64,000 nt of DNA from Tubulanus polymorphus (lineage: Eukaryota; Animalia; Nemertea). Of the stretch, positions 1 to 12,100 are shown piece by piece. Every line of letters begins with the position of its first letter. The stretch's first letter is position 1. The notes below the pieces were generated by a model. It worked only from the letters and a program-made list of their open reading frames with translations. It was not told the origin of the DNA and searched no databases. Where the stretch lies: NCBI RefSeq assembly GCF_964204645.1, contig NC_134035.1, positions 6,262,001 to 6,326,000 of the forward strand, written 5' to 3'. The position numbers and the translations under genes are program-made.

Positions 1-1172
1 ATTTTTGCGACCAAGTCGATCTGAGGACTTGATGAATGAATGCTTGTTGCTAGAGGGATGAATATACCGGCAACACTCGCGCTGTGGTATTTACGTGTCA
101 TAACTTGAACAGTCGCCAACAAACTGCGAGACACGTTTTGCTTTAGTCCAATGAGCTGAAAAAGAAAATCATGTCAACCAAATTCACTTAGGTCTATACA
201 AAAACAGGATCCGGTTTCAAACCCAGGGGTGTCAAGGGTACCCGAGGGATGAATATTCAGCTTGGGTTATAACGAATGTAGTTACAATGAGTATCTATGA
301 TAATAACAATTAACCTATTATGTTTCCAAAAGTTGATTCGACCTCACTCCTATGAAACTGGGTCCAGAAGTTACACATCAGGGGCCGGTTGCATAGTCAT
401 GGCTTAGACTTAATACCAGTCTAAGACCAACTTAGTTTTATAGCCAATCCAACAATTTAAGATCAGTCTTAAGATTTAAGACAACTTTTGGACTTTAGTC
501 GCGACTGTGCAACTGGCCCCAAGGACGAGGGGCAAATGGTGGATTCATCATTCACCTGACTGTAGACGATCATTTTGAGAAATTTCAAACAATTCAAATG
601 ACTAACAACCGTTTCCATAGATATGAAACAATCAGTTAATATTTGAACGTTCTCTGCATTGACTGTCGACTGAATGCCCGCGTAAAACTCTGCTATTTCA
701 TCCGCGGATAACGACTGAATATAAGCGAGTGAACAGTGAATCTCTTCGCGTTGAACTGACACGGGTTCGTGCGAAAGTAGATCTCTCATTTTCGCGATTT
801 GTAACTTCAGAATATCACAAACATCATCGCCACCTTCCCCTCTCTACAGAAATAAACAAAATACTCCAAATGAAATGGGCAACATTTTTTATGTAATTGC
901 ATTGAAATAAATCGGGAGGGGGGGAGGGGATACCACATGTTTGCAGTGATTAGGGTTCTGCGTGTGTTGTAGTGATAGGGTACCGGGTGTGTATGCATTG
1001 ATAAGGGGAACAACAAGGAGTTTGCCTACTTGTAATTCAGGTGATGATGTCGAAGCGTTTTGTATAAATTCAGGTGTAGACACATCATTCATTACTGGTG
1101 GTGGTATAGTACATGTAATAAACACCTCCTGCTCCTCCTTCACGGCTGAGGAGGATATTTCCATTGGTTCAC
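1..1172 (-). CDS. FANCE: Fanconi anemia group E protein (FANCE)-like, partial (internal exons 1030-1172, 556-804, 1-155; continues off the left edge; 5' exons not identified)
   Basis: Three GT-AG exons splice in frame (phase 0/0). Translation ...SLAYIQSLSADEIAEFYAGIQ...VSHLNCLKFLKMIVYSQ|LIGLKQNVSRSLLATVQVMTRKYHSASVAGIFIPL...SPQIDLVAKI matches the recalled FANCE C-terminal helical-repeat pattern (LSxSN...[23 protein letters not shown]...P...QTELLCCLV). Confidence 0.7.
381..520. mobile_element. Short MITE with GGGGCCRGTTGCA terminal inverted repeats (PIF/Harbinger-like), in a FANCE intron
   Basis: Left ggggccggttgcatagtc and right gactgtgcaactggcccc. Related copies at about 2064-2200, 28004-28095, 29077-29210, 36484-36761, 45931-46077, 58261-58385, 60352-60511 and 63139-63211. 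Confidence 0.65.
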
Positions 1173-2324
1173 CTAGAAATAGATACACATATTACGATAA
1201 ACATAGGCCTATACAGTATGATGACAGGACCATAGACTGTAGTCTAGTAGGTCTTTCTCGCTAAAATGAAATACTTTTATGGTACAAGTGAAGATCGGAT
1301 CCGCACTTCTAATGTTATCTATTGAATAACAAATCACTGTTCAAGACTCAGAATGTCTGTGTAAATCCAATGCAGTGATTTAAACTATTTCTATTATCTC
1401 CGCTAGAAAATAGATTTTGGTCCAGTTTTTATTTCAAGTTAGTTTGTCACGATCTTTCAATCGGATGCCATATTGGATTTGGTTATTCCAATGCAGACTT
1501 GTCATGAATCGTTACTGAAATGATGTGAGGATTATCAGCGCAATTACGTTATTACGACCATGAAACATGGTTTCAGCAATTATTTTTGAGTTGACAGTTC
1601 TCTGCTTAAGATTTACCAATTCAATATGGCCTCGAGTTAAAAAATCATGATGATCTCGAGATAAAAACCGGACCAAAAACCTAATTTCTAGTGAAATTAT
1701 CATAAATTAAATCACTGAATCTGACACAGTGATTGCAATATAATCGATTGGACCATTCACGAGAGGTGCGGATCTGCACTGTTACCTACTAATATTATCA
1801 TCTATTAGCTCAAGGTAACTTTTTGGGCTCAATTTTTCAGATTTCTGATTGGCTTAATATATACTAGACTGGTACCCACTAAACGGCCACCTGTCTGCCA
1901 AAGAAATGGGCGGTGCAATAGACGAAGAAAGGGTCAACAGCTAGACTTTGTGATTGTGCAAGCTTAACTCACTTCAGCAGGAGGCAATCGACGATGCTGA
2001 GTACGCTGACAGCAATTTATTAATATGTAATGTTGGTCGCGCAGTGCATGGTCCAAACGGTCTGGGGCCAGTTACTCAAAAGTTGGTTAGAATTAACTAG
2101 TGGAGAGTTAATATAGTGACAATTAAAACTAAGTTTATCTCTACTATGGTATATATCCACCGGTTCTTTTTAACCAACTTTTCATTTTTGGAGCAACTGA
2201 CTGCTGGTTTAAATGATTTGGACTAATAAACTTTGCCAATGTGGCATTATTTGTGTAATCGCACACTTAGAAAATTCAAGTGTGGAGAACAGTCTCAGAG
2301 ATAGGGGCCTAGAGAAAATAAAGC

Positions 2325-2393
2325 AGACAAGGCAGTATTCGATCCCGGACAAGCAAATGCTAGGGTAACGCTTTCCACTTGACCACCGAGGCT
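2325..2393 (-). mobile_element. Possible degenerate tRNA-derived SINE head
   Basis: Minus strand has an A-box-like TGGTCAAGTGG and a B-box-like GGATCGAATAC at tRNA-like spacing, but no intact cloverleaf. Confidence 0.3.
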
Positions 2394-2874
2394 CTTGGAA
2401 TCAGACTGAATGTTTTAACTACCACAGGGACTCCTATCAGAGTTGTAGTTAGTGCAAAAATGATAATCTGTACTTCATATCTCCGTAGAAACCTATTGGA
2501 AGACTGGATTTGAATCCCACAAAAAGCAGTCCCTTAGCAATGGGTCGAATTTTTTAGAATAACAAGCGCGCCGGTTTCACAGCATCACTAAGGGTTGAGT
2601 CCCGGAGAATACAAAATGACCGTCCCGCTCCACACAAGTACTGAATAATTAACTCAAAATTTTGCCAATCCCTGGGAGTAAAATGCCGTGTGTTTTTTAA
2701 TGCAACAACTGATTTTAGTGTCAAATCAAACCTTTATACTAAAATAAATAAATTAGTTACCTTGTTAGTTTTGAAAACATGTTTCATAATAATAATTTTA
2801 ATGATTTAAATCGCGAACCGACGAATTTATTGATTTGATTTGAATTGATTGCTACAATCGGGATTTTCCAATAC

Positions 2875-3628
2875 AACAGGGGTTTGGCGATAGGCTTGGA
2901 TTTTATTTCCGGGTTGTTGATAATCTCGCCAGAATGGCGCTAAATATGAACCTTGAATTAATTCAAAATATCACAGAAATACCTTGCTGATTTATCCGCT
3001 ATAAAGTTCCGATAAACAATTGGTCAATAAGGATCATTATCAGACGGTCACTATATAAAATCACAAGGGATGAAACGCCAGGCCTCCGCAGTACTTAAAT
3101 TTTCAGCCAAAGTTTTGGACAGTCACCTGACATTCTGATGATGTCATCACATTTAAAACTTCAACATGAAAAGTTAACATATTCACAGACCGATATCAAT
3201 TGTCAGATTATGATTCGTACGAAATTAATAACTTATAAAGAATAAATTATGATGAAATATATAATACATAGTTAAAAAATGCATTTGAATGTTAGTTATT
3301 CTCAAATATTTTTCGTTCCATAGTTTCCATCTTAGATGCTTCAGGTTCGCATTCAGTCAAATAAAGAAGCCTTAAGTCACGTGACTGTCCCAACTTTCTG
3401 GCTGGTACGACTTGAAGGGCGTTTCATCCCTTGTGATTTTATATAGTGAAGCGCCACGACCGTCTCATAATGATCCTAAAGGACCAATTGTTTATCGGAA
3501 CTTTATAGCGGATAAATAAACAATATAAACACAAGGTATTTCTGTGATATTTTGAATTTATTCGCAGTTCAAATTTAGATTATAAACAACCGGGAAATAA
3601 AATCCAAGCCCATCGCCAAAACCCTGTG
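2875..3628. mobile_element. Non-autonomous DNA transposon (754 bp) with ~250-bp TIRs and an 8-bp TSD
   Basis: 2875-3130 is the reverse complement of about 3380-3628 (acaggggtttggcgataggcttggattttatttcc / ggaaataaaatccaagcccatcgccaaaaccctgt). TCCAATAC is duplicated at 2867-2874 and 3629-3636. Confidence 0.8.
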
Positions 3629-4257
3629 TCCAATACGGTCTAAATTAATAAAATGTGAAAATTCAATAGGCCTATGTCTCTCTAAAATTACTCTAAATGT
3701 TATTTTTTGTTGATAAAATGCATACATTTTGGTCAATTTTAACCTTAAGAATTGGAAACAAGAATAATATCTGCATTGGCATCAATGTCAGTCCAAGTTA
3801 AAGTCCGAATCCGTAATTTACACTCCTATCTTGCACCACGAAAAGCCGCCATATTTGTTATGTTGCTTCACTTCACTATTTTTAGAGGCGACTAGGCCTA
3901 GTCAAAAGTTTTCAGTTACTACGATCGTCAAAAGCTACTTAGGATAACAAATTCATGCCTAAACAATAGTTAACTTCCATCTGATTTTACAGAACAGTCA
4001 GTTTGAGGTAAGTTGATGGTGTTTTAAGGGGTGAAATAGACGCTCAAAGCCTCGTCCCTCAAAATGAGGGACGAAAATTAACCTTGTATCTGCACTTTGG
4101 CCCTAGACGTTGTTTGGGGAACAACGGCTAGGTACTAACTAGACTAAGTTAACAGGTTAAGTAATACGTAGCCAATGCCAATGGCAAAATAGCATTGAGC
4201 ACGATAATGATGCATTGCCACCAATTAATTTGGCTAGCAGCAGACTTCCAAATCCAA

Positions 4258-4575
4258 TTAAATACCTGCTTCATCATAGTCACTGCCAACACGTTTTGAT
4301 TTCTCATCATCACCTGTCAACAAATCATCAGCATCAGTTTCATTAACAACACTGGCCCGCTTCCTTTTATTATTAGGCCTACTCGAGATGGAGCCCGCTG
4401 CAACAAAACTCTTCTTCGGCAACTCCGCCGACTTTTCCGAAGTTGTGCCACCACCGGTACCGCCTAATACCCCTTGCATTATTGAGGGGCGAGTCGAATT
4501 CAAATGAGTGACGAGTTCATTAACGATGTGTAAATTTGATTCATGCCATTCATAGTAAACTGTCGCAGCCATCAC
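4258..4575 (-). other. Orphan ORF (105 aa, charged C-terminus with KRKR), overlapped by a 42-aa hydrophobic ORF (4149-4277, minus); origin unknown
   Basis: Open frame with protein-like composition. The ATG of a second ORF overlaps its last codons. Confidence 0.25.
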
Positions 4576-5648
4576 ACCGCTAAAAGTCTCCTGTCAGTGT
4601 CGGCATTAACCTAATAGATTTAAATTTGGATTTGTTTTGTAAAACTGAAGCATGTTCCGATAAATCAATCTGAAACAATTCAATTCATTATATTAACTGC
4701 TTAAATTCAAATTATAAATTTTATTAGTCAAGAAACTCTACCGTTGAGAATATGATGGTAGATGCTTTTATGATGTAGGTACTTTTCTCTCACTAACAAC
4801 ACATTACCATAACATACACACACATATGTAAATATATTTGGAGAAAGGACTCAAGCCGGTCGCTAGCCGTGAATGATATAATACAAAAAAGAAATTGTAT
4901 GGCGGCGTCGTTGTACCGTGACTAATCATATTTTTATTATTTACAGTTAAGAAGATGATGTGAGAAGTAATCTTACTAATTCATCCAACAACCTACATGC
5001 AGATGCGCCGTCATTTACAGATGACACAGGCTATAGTATATTAGATCATATTGAAAATAGTAATGGGAATGATATAGGCTCGACTAATATTTTTGCGATT
5101 TCTCATTTACTGAGAAATCACAAAAATATTAGTCGAGCCTATATTCAATTTCACCCATAAATTTCACTCTATAAGTTTTCAGCATTATCATTCATTAGGG
5201 CCTACTATAAAATATCTCATACAACACAGTATCATCGCTTTTAATGTCATATTCGTTCCGTTCAACCGCGTATTCGATACAAGAAATAAGAAATGAAGTC
5301 GTCACATTAAAATCCTTACAAATTCGTTTCATGTTCCACCCCAAGGTGCCATCCTTTTTCTACTGTTATATGGGGAAAATTCTTAGTTTGCATATACCGT
5401 CTGTTGTTAAAATGTCAATTTAATAGTTTTCAAGTCCACAATCCCCTTTCAATCACAGAATTTATATATATCGGCTATATTGATTTCTAGTTTCCAAAAA
5501 TGGGTCGGGAATCTTGGGGTACACTGGTCCAAAAACTGAGACAAAATTAGACTAGTTTATATATGAGATGATTGCCAAAAAAGCTAAAAACAAATCTAAT
5601 AGTGTCTTTTTTAATTTCAATATGGATATTCGTTTTTGACACGCAGGA

Positions 5649-8341
5649 TTAAGATCCCGGTACTTGATAGTTTGATTCAGTAAACACACGTCGTGAAATG
5701 ATGACCGCTCGTCGGGTCGGAGCCGTCATAATCAATAAATCTGAACCGACGAAATCTAACGTTTCAGCTCTCAGATGTCGGTCATTGTCCGCGATCGCTG
5801 AAACGCGATCTTTCCAAATGGGAGTTTCCCCGCTTTTCCCATCCAGCGGAATCCGCCATATCTCCTGCTCACCTAGTTTGTTATCTTGTAATAGAAGCAG
5901 GCTATTCCCGTCAATGGTTATACCGCGTGGAGATTTCAAATCGATGACTACACTTGGCATTGATACGGACGGAGACCAGAAACAAAATTTCCCGTAGTCT
6001 GAATTGTTATCTGCACCAGTGACCACCATCAAACCGCCATTTCCTGTCGCAGCCATATACTGACACGATAGCGCCTGCGATTCTAACCTGTAAATCACAT
6101 TAAACGCCAGTTCGACGCAGTTCGGACCGCGGATGAGATAGGGCACCACTTGACCCCGACCTCCGACGTACAAAACGTCATCTTTAACGTGGATACAACA
6201 AACGTTAAATTGTACGTGAATTTCGGCTAGGAATGTTCCGGCGAATGAATACACAAGTATCGAGCGCTGGCCTTCCATACAGACAAATATATAATCAGCC
6301 CAGGCTGCAACTCTCCGAGGTTCCCGTAGTTTACCCGCGTGTACGATCGTCTGTTCCAGGACGAAGGTCCATGTTTCTCCAGACGTGACTGGAGTGAAGA
6401 CATACAGACAATCATTGTTAAAATCGCAGACGACCACGCGACCGTTTTGCATAACCGTGACGTCACTGGGCCATCGTAAATTCTCAGCATCAGGTAACGG
6501 TAGGTTGGCCGTGTGGGAAAATATGCCGGCTGAAAGAAACCGAATGAAATTATTCAGCTAAGATTTGAGTGGGAATTTGCAATGCCTAAGCTCAGAAGCG
6601 ACGCAACCAAATCGAGCGTTAGGAATTATATACTCATAAGATATCATAATTCTAATTAAGAACATTATTACTTCCCAAATTGTTAATTGCGGTCAATAAG
6701 AAATCGACTTTTAACTAATCTAATTCTAACTAATAAGAAACCTGTTTAACGAAACTATTTAATTATTTCATTCTATTCAGGTTTTTTTACAGGCCTAATA
6801 AAAATATGACTGGGTACTGTTTCTATAAACCCTATCAATTCTCTCTCAATTATAGTTCACATATTCCGCGCGTGTCACAACAATGATGAAATAAATGAAA
6901 TGAACTATATTACCATCGTGTTTCGATGGAACGCATAGGACGTCGTTCACGAGGTCACACAGCTCCTGTAGAAAACAAATACGTGTTTCTAATGACAAAC
7001 AACAAATCTAAGATTTTGATATCATGTTCAAGAGTATGTAGATATTGTATTCAATAGATAGACATGATTTCTTCAATTTAAAAAACAAATCTTAGAGATA
7101 AATACCGGAATTGGATCACTGGCCATACAACAGGTAGTTGAGCTTGACTGATGGTAGTATCCGTGATTTAGAGCAGGTCTAACGAGCAGGTCTGATCGGT
7201 TTAGGAGGAACTGCTCTGACACAGTATCAGATACTTTCATACTTTGCTTCAGTAGTTCAGTTGTGCTAGTCGATGCGTTTGAATTTCTCCTCGGCATCGC
7301 TGGCGACGTTTCCTTGTTAACCGGTTCTTTTCGTTTCCTGATAAATCTTTCAATCTTTTCTAAAGTTAAGGACAAAGAAGAGCATTTTAAGGACAAAGAA
7401 GAGCATTTTAAGATATCATGGGGAACAAACCCCGCGCTAATCATCGTCCGATAAGTCTACGCTATATCTGTCTATCGGTCTGCCTGTCTGTCTTTTTAAA
7501 TGTGGGGGTGTTGGTAGACAATGTCTATGTCCGCCTGTCAGTCTATTGAAACGAAGGATTGATTGAAGACAATTCTAAAGATTCTAACCCATCGTTGACT
7601 TTACGTTGGGCTTACCTTAATGACTGGATTAGCCTCATTGAAATTATAAATATACTTATTCCTAGGATCCGTACCCGCTGTCAGAGCGAGGTGTTGTTTA
7701 CGGAGCTCCGTGCATAGATTGCTGCTACAAGTCGCTACTGTACCACCCTTCGCCACTCGCCATCTCCGAAAACCGATATGCGCCATCTCTTTCAGTCCAT
7801 CTTTCTCGTGATCTTTCACTATACTTTTAATGATGCCAGATTTGAGTCCCAGTTTACGCAGCAGAATTTGCCATTGCATCAAGGTGAACTCACAGCCAGT
7901 CAGTATGTCACATACATCACTCCAAAGTTCCTCCTCTTAAAAAATAACACAGACAAATTCAACAATATCTACACGATCACACCGATTTACTTAAAACGTT
8001 CTAATTTTTTTTTGGATGACACTATTCGTACGTTCACTACGCTCAATTTTATAACGAACATATTTAGACCGACCGATCTAGGTCCGCTTCTAAATCATAA
8101 AACGAACCATCTCTTTTGTGTGAATAAGAACTTTCTATTAATTGCCAGTCATTCAGTGCTGTGTCAGTATAGCTGGACCGGTGATAACCAGCTGATTGAA
8201 AACCGTCTGTGGACGCACATGATTGGTTTCGGTACGTTATAAATATATTCGTTTCAGGTACGGCCAAAATAAGAGCCATATGTGGACGTGGCTTATGTTC
8301 ATAAAAATACTCAACGGAAATACGGATTTACCTTCATCCAT
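5649..8341 (-). CDS. Death-domain plus NHL-repeat (beta-propeller) protein, ~485 aa; exons 8332-8341, 7675-7935, 7106-7359, 6914-6965, 5649-6529
   Basis: All introns are GT-AG and phases are consistent (1,1,0,1); the total is 1458 nt. The N-terminus WQILLRKLGLKSGIIKSIVKDHEKDGLKEMAHIGFRRWR...LCTELRKQHLALTAEKIE fits a death domain. The C-terminus has NHL-type blades (LRWPSDVTVMQNGRVVVCDFNNDCLYVF; LREPRRVA...SILVYSFAGTFL; LKSPRGITIDGN). The short ATG exon is the least certain part. Confidence 0.85.
7366..7410. repeat. 21-bp tandem duplication at a splice acceptor
   Basis: ttaaggacaaagaagagcatt occurs twice in tandem. Confidence 0.85.
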
Positions 8342-9141
8342 TCGATCGTGTGAGGAAACATTCGAAACATCCAAATCAAAACTTATTGTGCGAAGTCTAC
8401 TTAATTCTAAAGTAGCAACTTCAATGCTATTCTCAATGCCAGAGAATATCCGGTATATGTGCCGTTGAAATAAGTTTATATAATTTAAAACAGTGTGTGA
8501 GAACCGGTATTGAACACAAAAGCAGTTCACACAGACTTCATTGCTTTTTCAAACCAAGTGAAAACAAGTATTTCTGATGCTTTTTTACGTGCCATACTTT
8601 TTAAACCTTTAAGTGACGGATCTAAATGTCACAATTTCTTCGAAAAATATGGTTTCAAATGAAAAAATGTATTATCCTTTTCATCAATGGTTTTGGTAGA
8701 GGACCGGCCCGGCCCCAATACGTTTATTGATAATTTAGTACTATCTAATTCTAACTCGTTCTGTGAGACATGATTCTTCATTTTATGTCGTTCGAAAATT
8801 ATTAGATTTTCGAGACCATACTACATACGTAAGCCTACACAATGCAGCTGCCCAAGAATTACGACGGACAGATGCTGAAAAATAATGAACCATACATCAA
8901 ACTGTACATAACGCTTAAACAAAACGATGGAAAATAAAATGAAGCAGGTGGTAATTGTGGACATATCTTTACAGACGCTGGTCCCATTTAGGAAGTCGGG
9001 CTCGTCACGTATAGAATAGGAGTACAATATACATCGCCACTGAGACGTACGTAAGTTAGACTGAAAAAAAAAACAGGAATAATGTAGGCCTACATTTGAT
9101 GCATATCGTTTTTAAAAGTTTTTTTCAGTGCTCACACAAAG

Positions 9142-12100
9142 ATGAAGCTCGTACACTATTTGGCGGTTTTTGTGGTGCTGATTTCGGTTTGGACAGGCAC
9201 GAATGCCGCCGGTAGGTATTTTACCCTAATGTAATTCGGACGCAGTAAATGTCTAACAGTTGTGCAGTCAATAGTTAGAATAAGGATCATTCTAATAATC
9301 TTTGTTCTATAGCCAATATAAGAACTATAGACCAGGGCCAAGTTAAACTGTGGCCGTTGCTTCATAATAATAAATAATAAAAAAAAGAATAATAATATGA
9401 TTTAAAAAAATTATAATGATAATGAATGGTTTGTCCAAAAGTGTTTTATACGAAAACAGATGATTTGTCCTTATTTGTTAGATTTGCTTAACGACCAACG
9501 ACCCTAAGTCCAACGCATACGACGCATTGAAATGAGACACAGAAACACGGAAACAAACATGTTTGATCTCGGAAAAATTCTATCCGAAAACAAAAACACT
9601 GAAATAAATGTGCTACGTTTTTCCCGATATCATCAGTTCTCGTTTCTCGTAATCACAAGTGACACAGGAAAACGCTTAGGGCCTTATTTCTTATATCCCT
9701 GCGTCGTGTGCGTTGGGCTTTAGAAAACCTCAACTGAGCCATGGTCTTTTAGTTGGAATTATGTCAATAAGCCCTGCTTGTAAAAACGTTATTTATTTTA
9801 AGATATCGACGTTGTCATACTATTGGATTCTTCGAGTTCTATGTACAGTAGTGAATTTCCGGGTGCTCTGACTCTGACCAGAAAAATAGCCGAACGGCTG
9901 CTGATGGACGCAGCTATCAACGTGGCCGTGGCTGTGTACAGCAGTCAGATTAAAGTGATCCAATGGCTGGATGGAGACAGGACTAAACTTGTAACTAGTT
10001 TGAATATGAAATACGACGGAACTGCCGCGCACACTGGCAGTGCTCTTGACTATACACGTATTAACGTATTCAGTAAAGGTGCCCGCAATAAAGCACAGAA
10101 GGTACATAGACCGGTATTCAGATTATCGTTAATTGACATTGAATCACCTGCTGCTGATCTTTAAAAGAGCGTGGTGTCTTTTGATTTTAATTTTTCGCCC
10201 ACATAGTACTTTCGTCCCAGCGGGCTAGTGCGTTAACTTTTCGATTTAGATTTGCTTGATTTCAATCTTAATTTTGGCCTTTTTGAATGCGAATTGTTTG
10301 TCTAAATTTTGTATTTTTTGTACTTTTGTAGCAAACCTCACTCAGTCATTCTTTGTTTGTATTTTGAGAATTATGGACCATGTAGAACAAAATCTGCAGC
10401 CCATAAACTGGCTCGATTACATTCAAGATTGCCGACTTTTTATACATTCTCAAAGTTTTCAAGGAAATTTTGAAGCTACTTTCTTTAATTACTTTATTGT
10501 TTCATATACGTATATGTATCCTCCTATGGCCCACCATCATGATGAACAACCTGGGCCAATCGAACACAAGATGGCCATCCTGTGACCTTCTTAGTGCCCT
10601 AAAAGTCATTTTTGGTCTGAATTTTGTGGCCTGTTGGCGTGTCGCTTCTTAATGGTTCGCTATTTCTATTGAAATTGGTAATAAGTATACTTTGTGCAGG
10701 ATAAGACATATCTTATCAGATCAGTGAATTTTATACCAAATCGGCCATCTTATGCCACCAGTCCTCATTCATAGATCGAGAAGGTTTTTTGAGGAAAACA
10801 TCGTCAGATTTCAACTTATAGTCTTGGTATTTAATAATTGTCAGCATTGTCATTATAAGATTCATCTCCTCACATGGAATTAGGTCTACCTGGTTTTTGT
10901 TCTCAAAACCAGGGGAATTAGATATTGAATTATATACAATTTTCCATTTATATTGGTACCTATGCATGTTTTGTTACCACAATCAATTGCAGATCTGTAG
11001 CTCATGATAATATGTTCTATGATTTTGGCGAGATTCAAGTGCGTTGGAATTTATATGTTTTGCCAGGGGGCGTGGAATAATGAATAACTTGGTATTTCCG
11101 TATGAACGTATGTGTGGGCGATCATAATTTTGTAAGGTACTGGCTAGGGTGACCTACCACACCTGGTTAGGTGACCAAGGGTTAGAGTTGTGAGTGACTA
11201 GCTAGGGTTACCTGACACAAGTGGTCAGGAGACCAAGGGTAAGGGTTGTCATTGGTTGGCTAGGGTTGCCTGTTAAAGGTTGTTATGAGACCTGAGTCAG
11301 GGTTGTTAATAGCCGGCTAGGGTTATATGCCCCATGATGGGCTCTAGCTGATTTTCATATGACTAATGACCAGCGGGTGAAACTGACATGACCAGTGTTT
11401 TCCCGAGTAACGGCACAGAGTATGCTAAGTTGACCAGTGGTTTACTAAGCCATTCCAGTCTTCAGTGTGAAATTCCATGCACGACAGAAAACATGTTAGA
11501 AGCTCATTTGCAATCAAAAATGTCGCAGGTGAAGTGTTCAACGCATGTGAAATGTGAACGACAAGAAATTTGAAGAATCATCTGCAGGGTGCAGGGTCCA
11601 GGCTGTGGATTAATCCCTGCATAACGTCTGTATTATGTTACAAAATATCTAAACATTTGGAATATATTCAGGTTCTTATTATAATCGGAAGCGGGGAGAG
11701 TAAAAATGTGATGGGTGACGTGGAAGAGACACGGATACAGCTAGAGAAATTATACAGTGAGGCAGTTAGAGTATATTCGTTATCATACGACACTCCGAGT
11801 AACGTGATTCATTCATCCGTCAGCCGTTCAAATCGGCTGTATCTTCCTTACGCAATTACCACTGCATTCGCTAATCGTCTGGTATCTTATTTTATATCCG
11901 ATATTGTCAAGGGTACGCCATATGAACTTTACCTTCACAAACAAACTGAGGTACTAGCTACGATCTCTGAGTTTGATTAACCTAAAGACGTTTAAATTGA
12001 TCTGAATTTGTAGATGTAAATTGCCCGTATGGTCAAGTCAGCCAGAAAGGCCGATGTGTGGGTAAGCGCTAATTCATTGCAAACTGATTGAAATCTGCAG

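Noticed and set aside
7778-8242. 154-aa plus-strand ORF
   Set aside because: It is antisense to the death-domain exon and its intron, with no recognisable motif.
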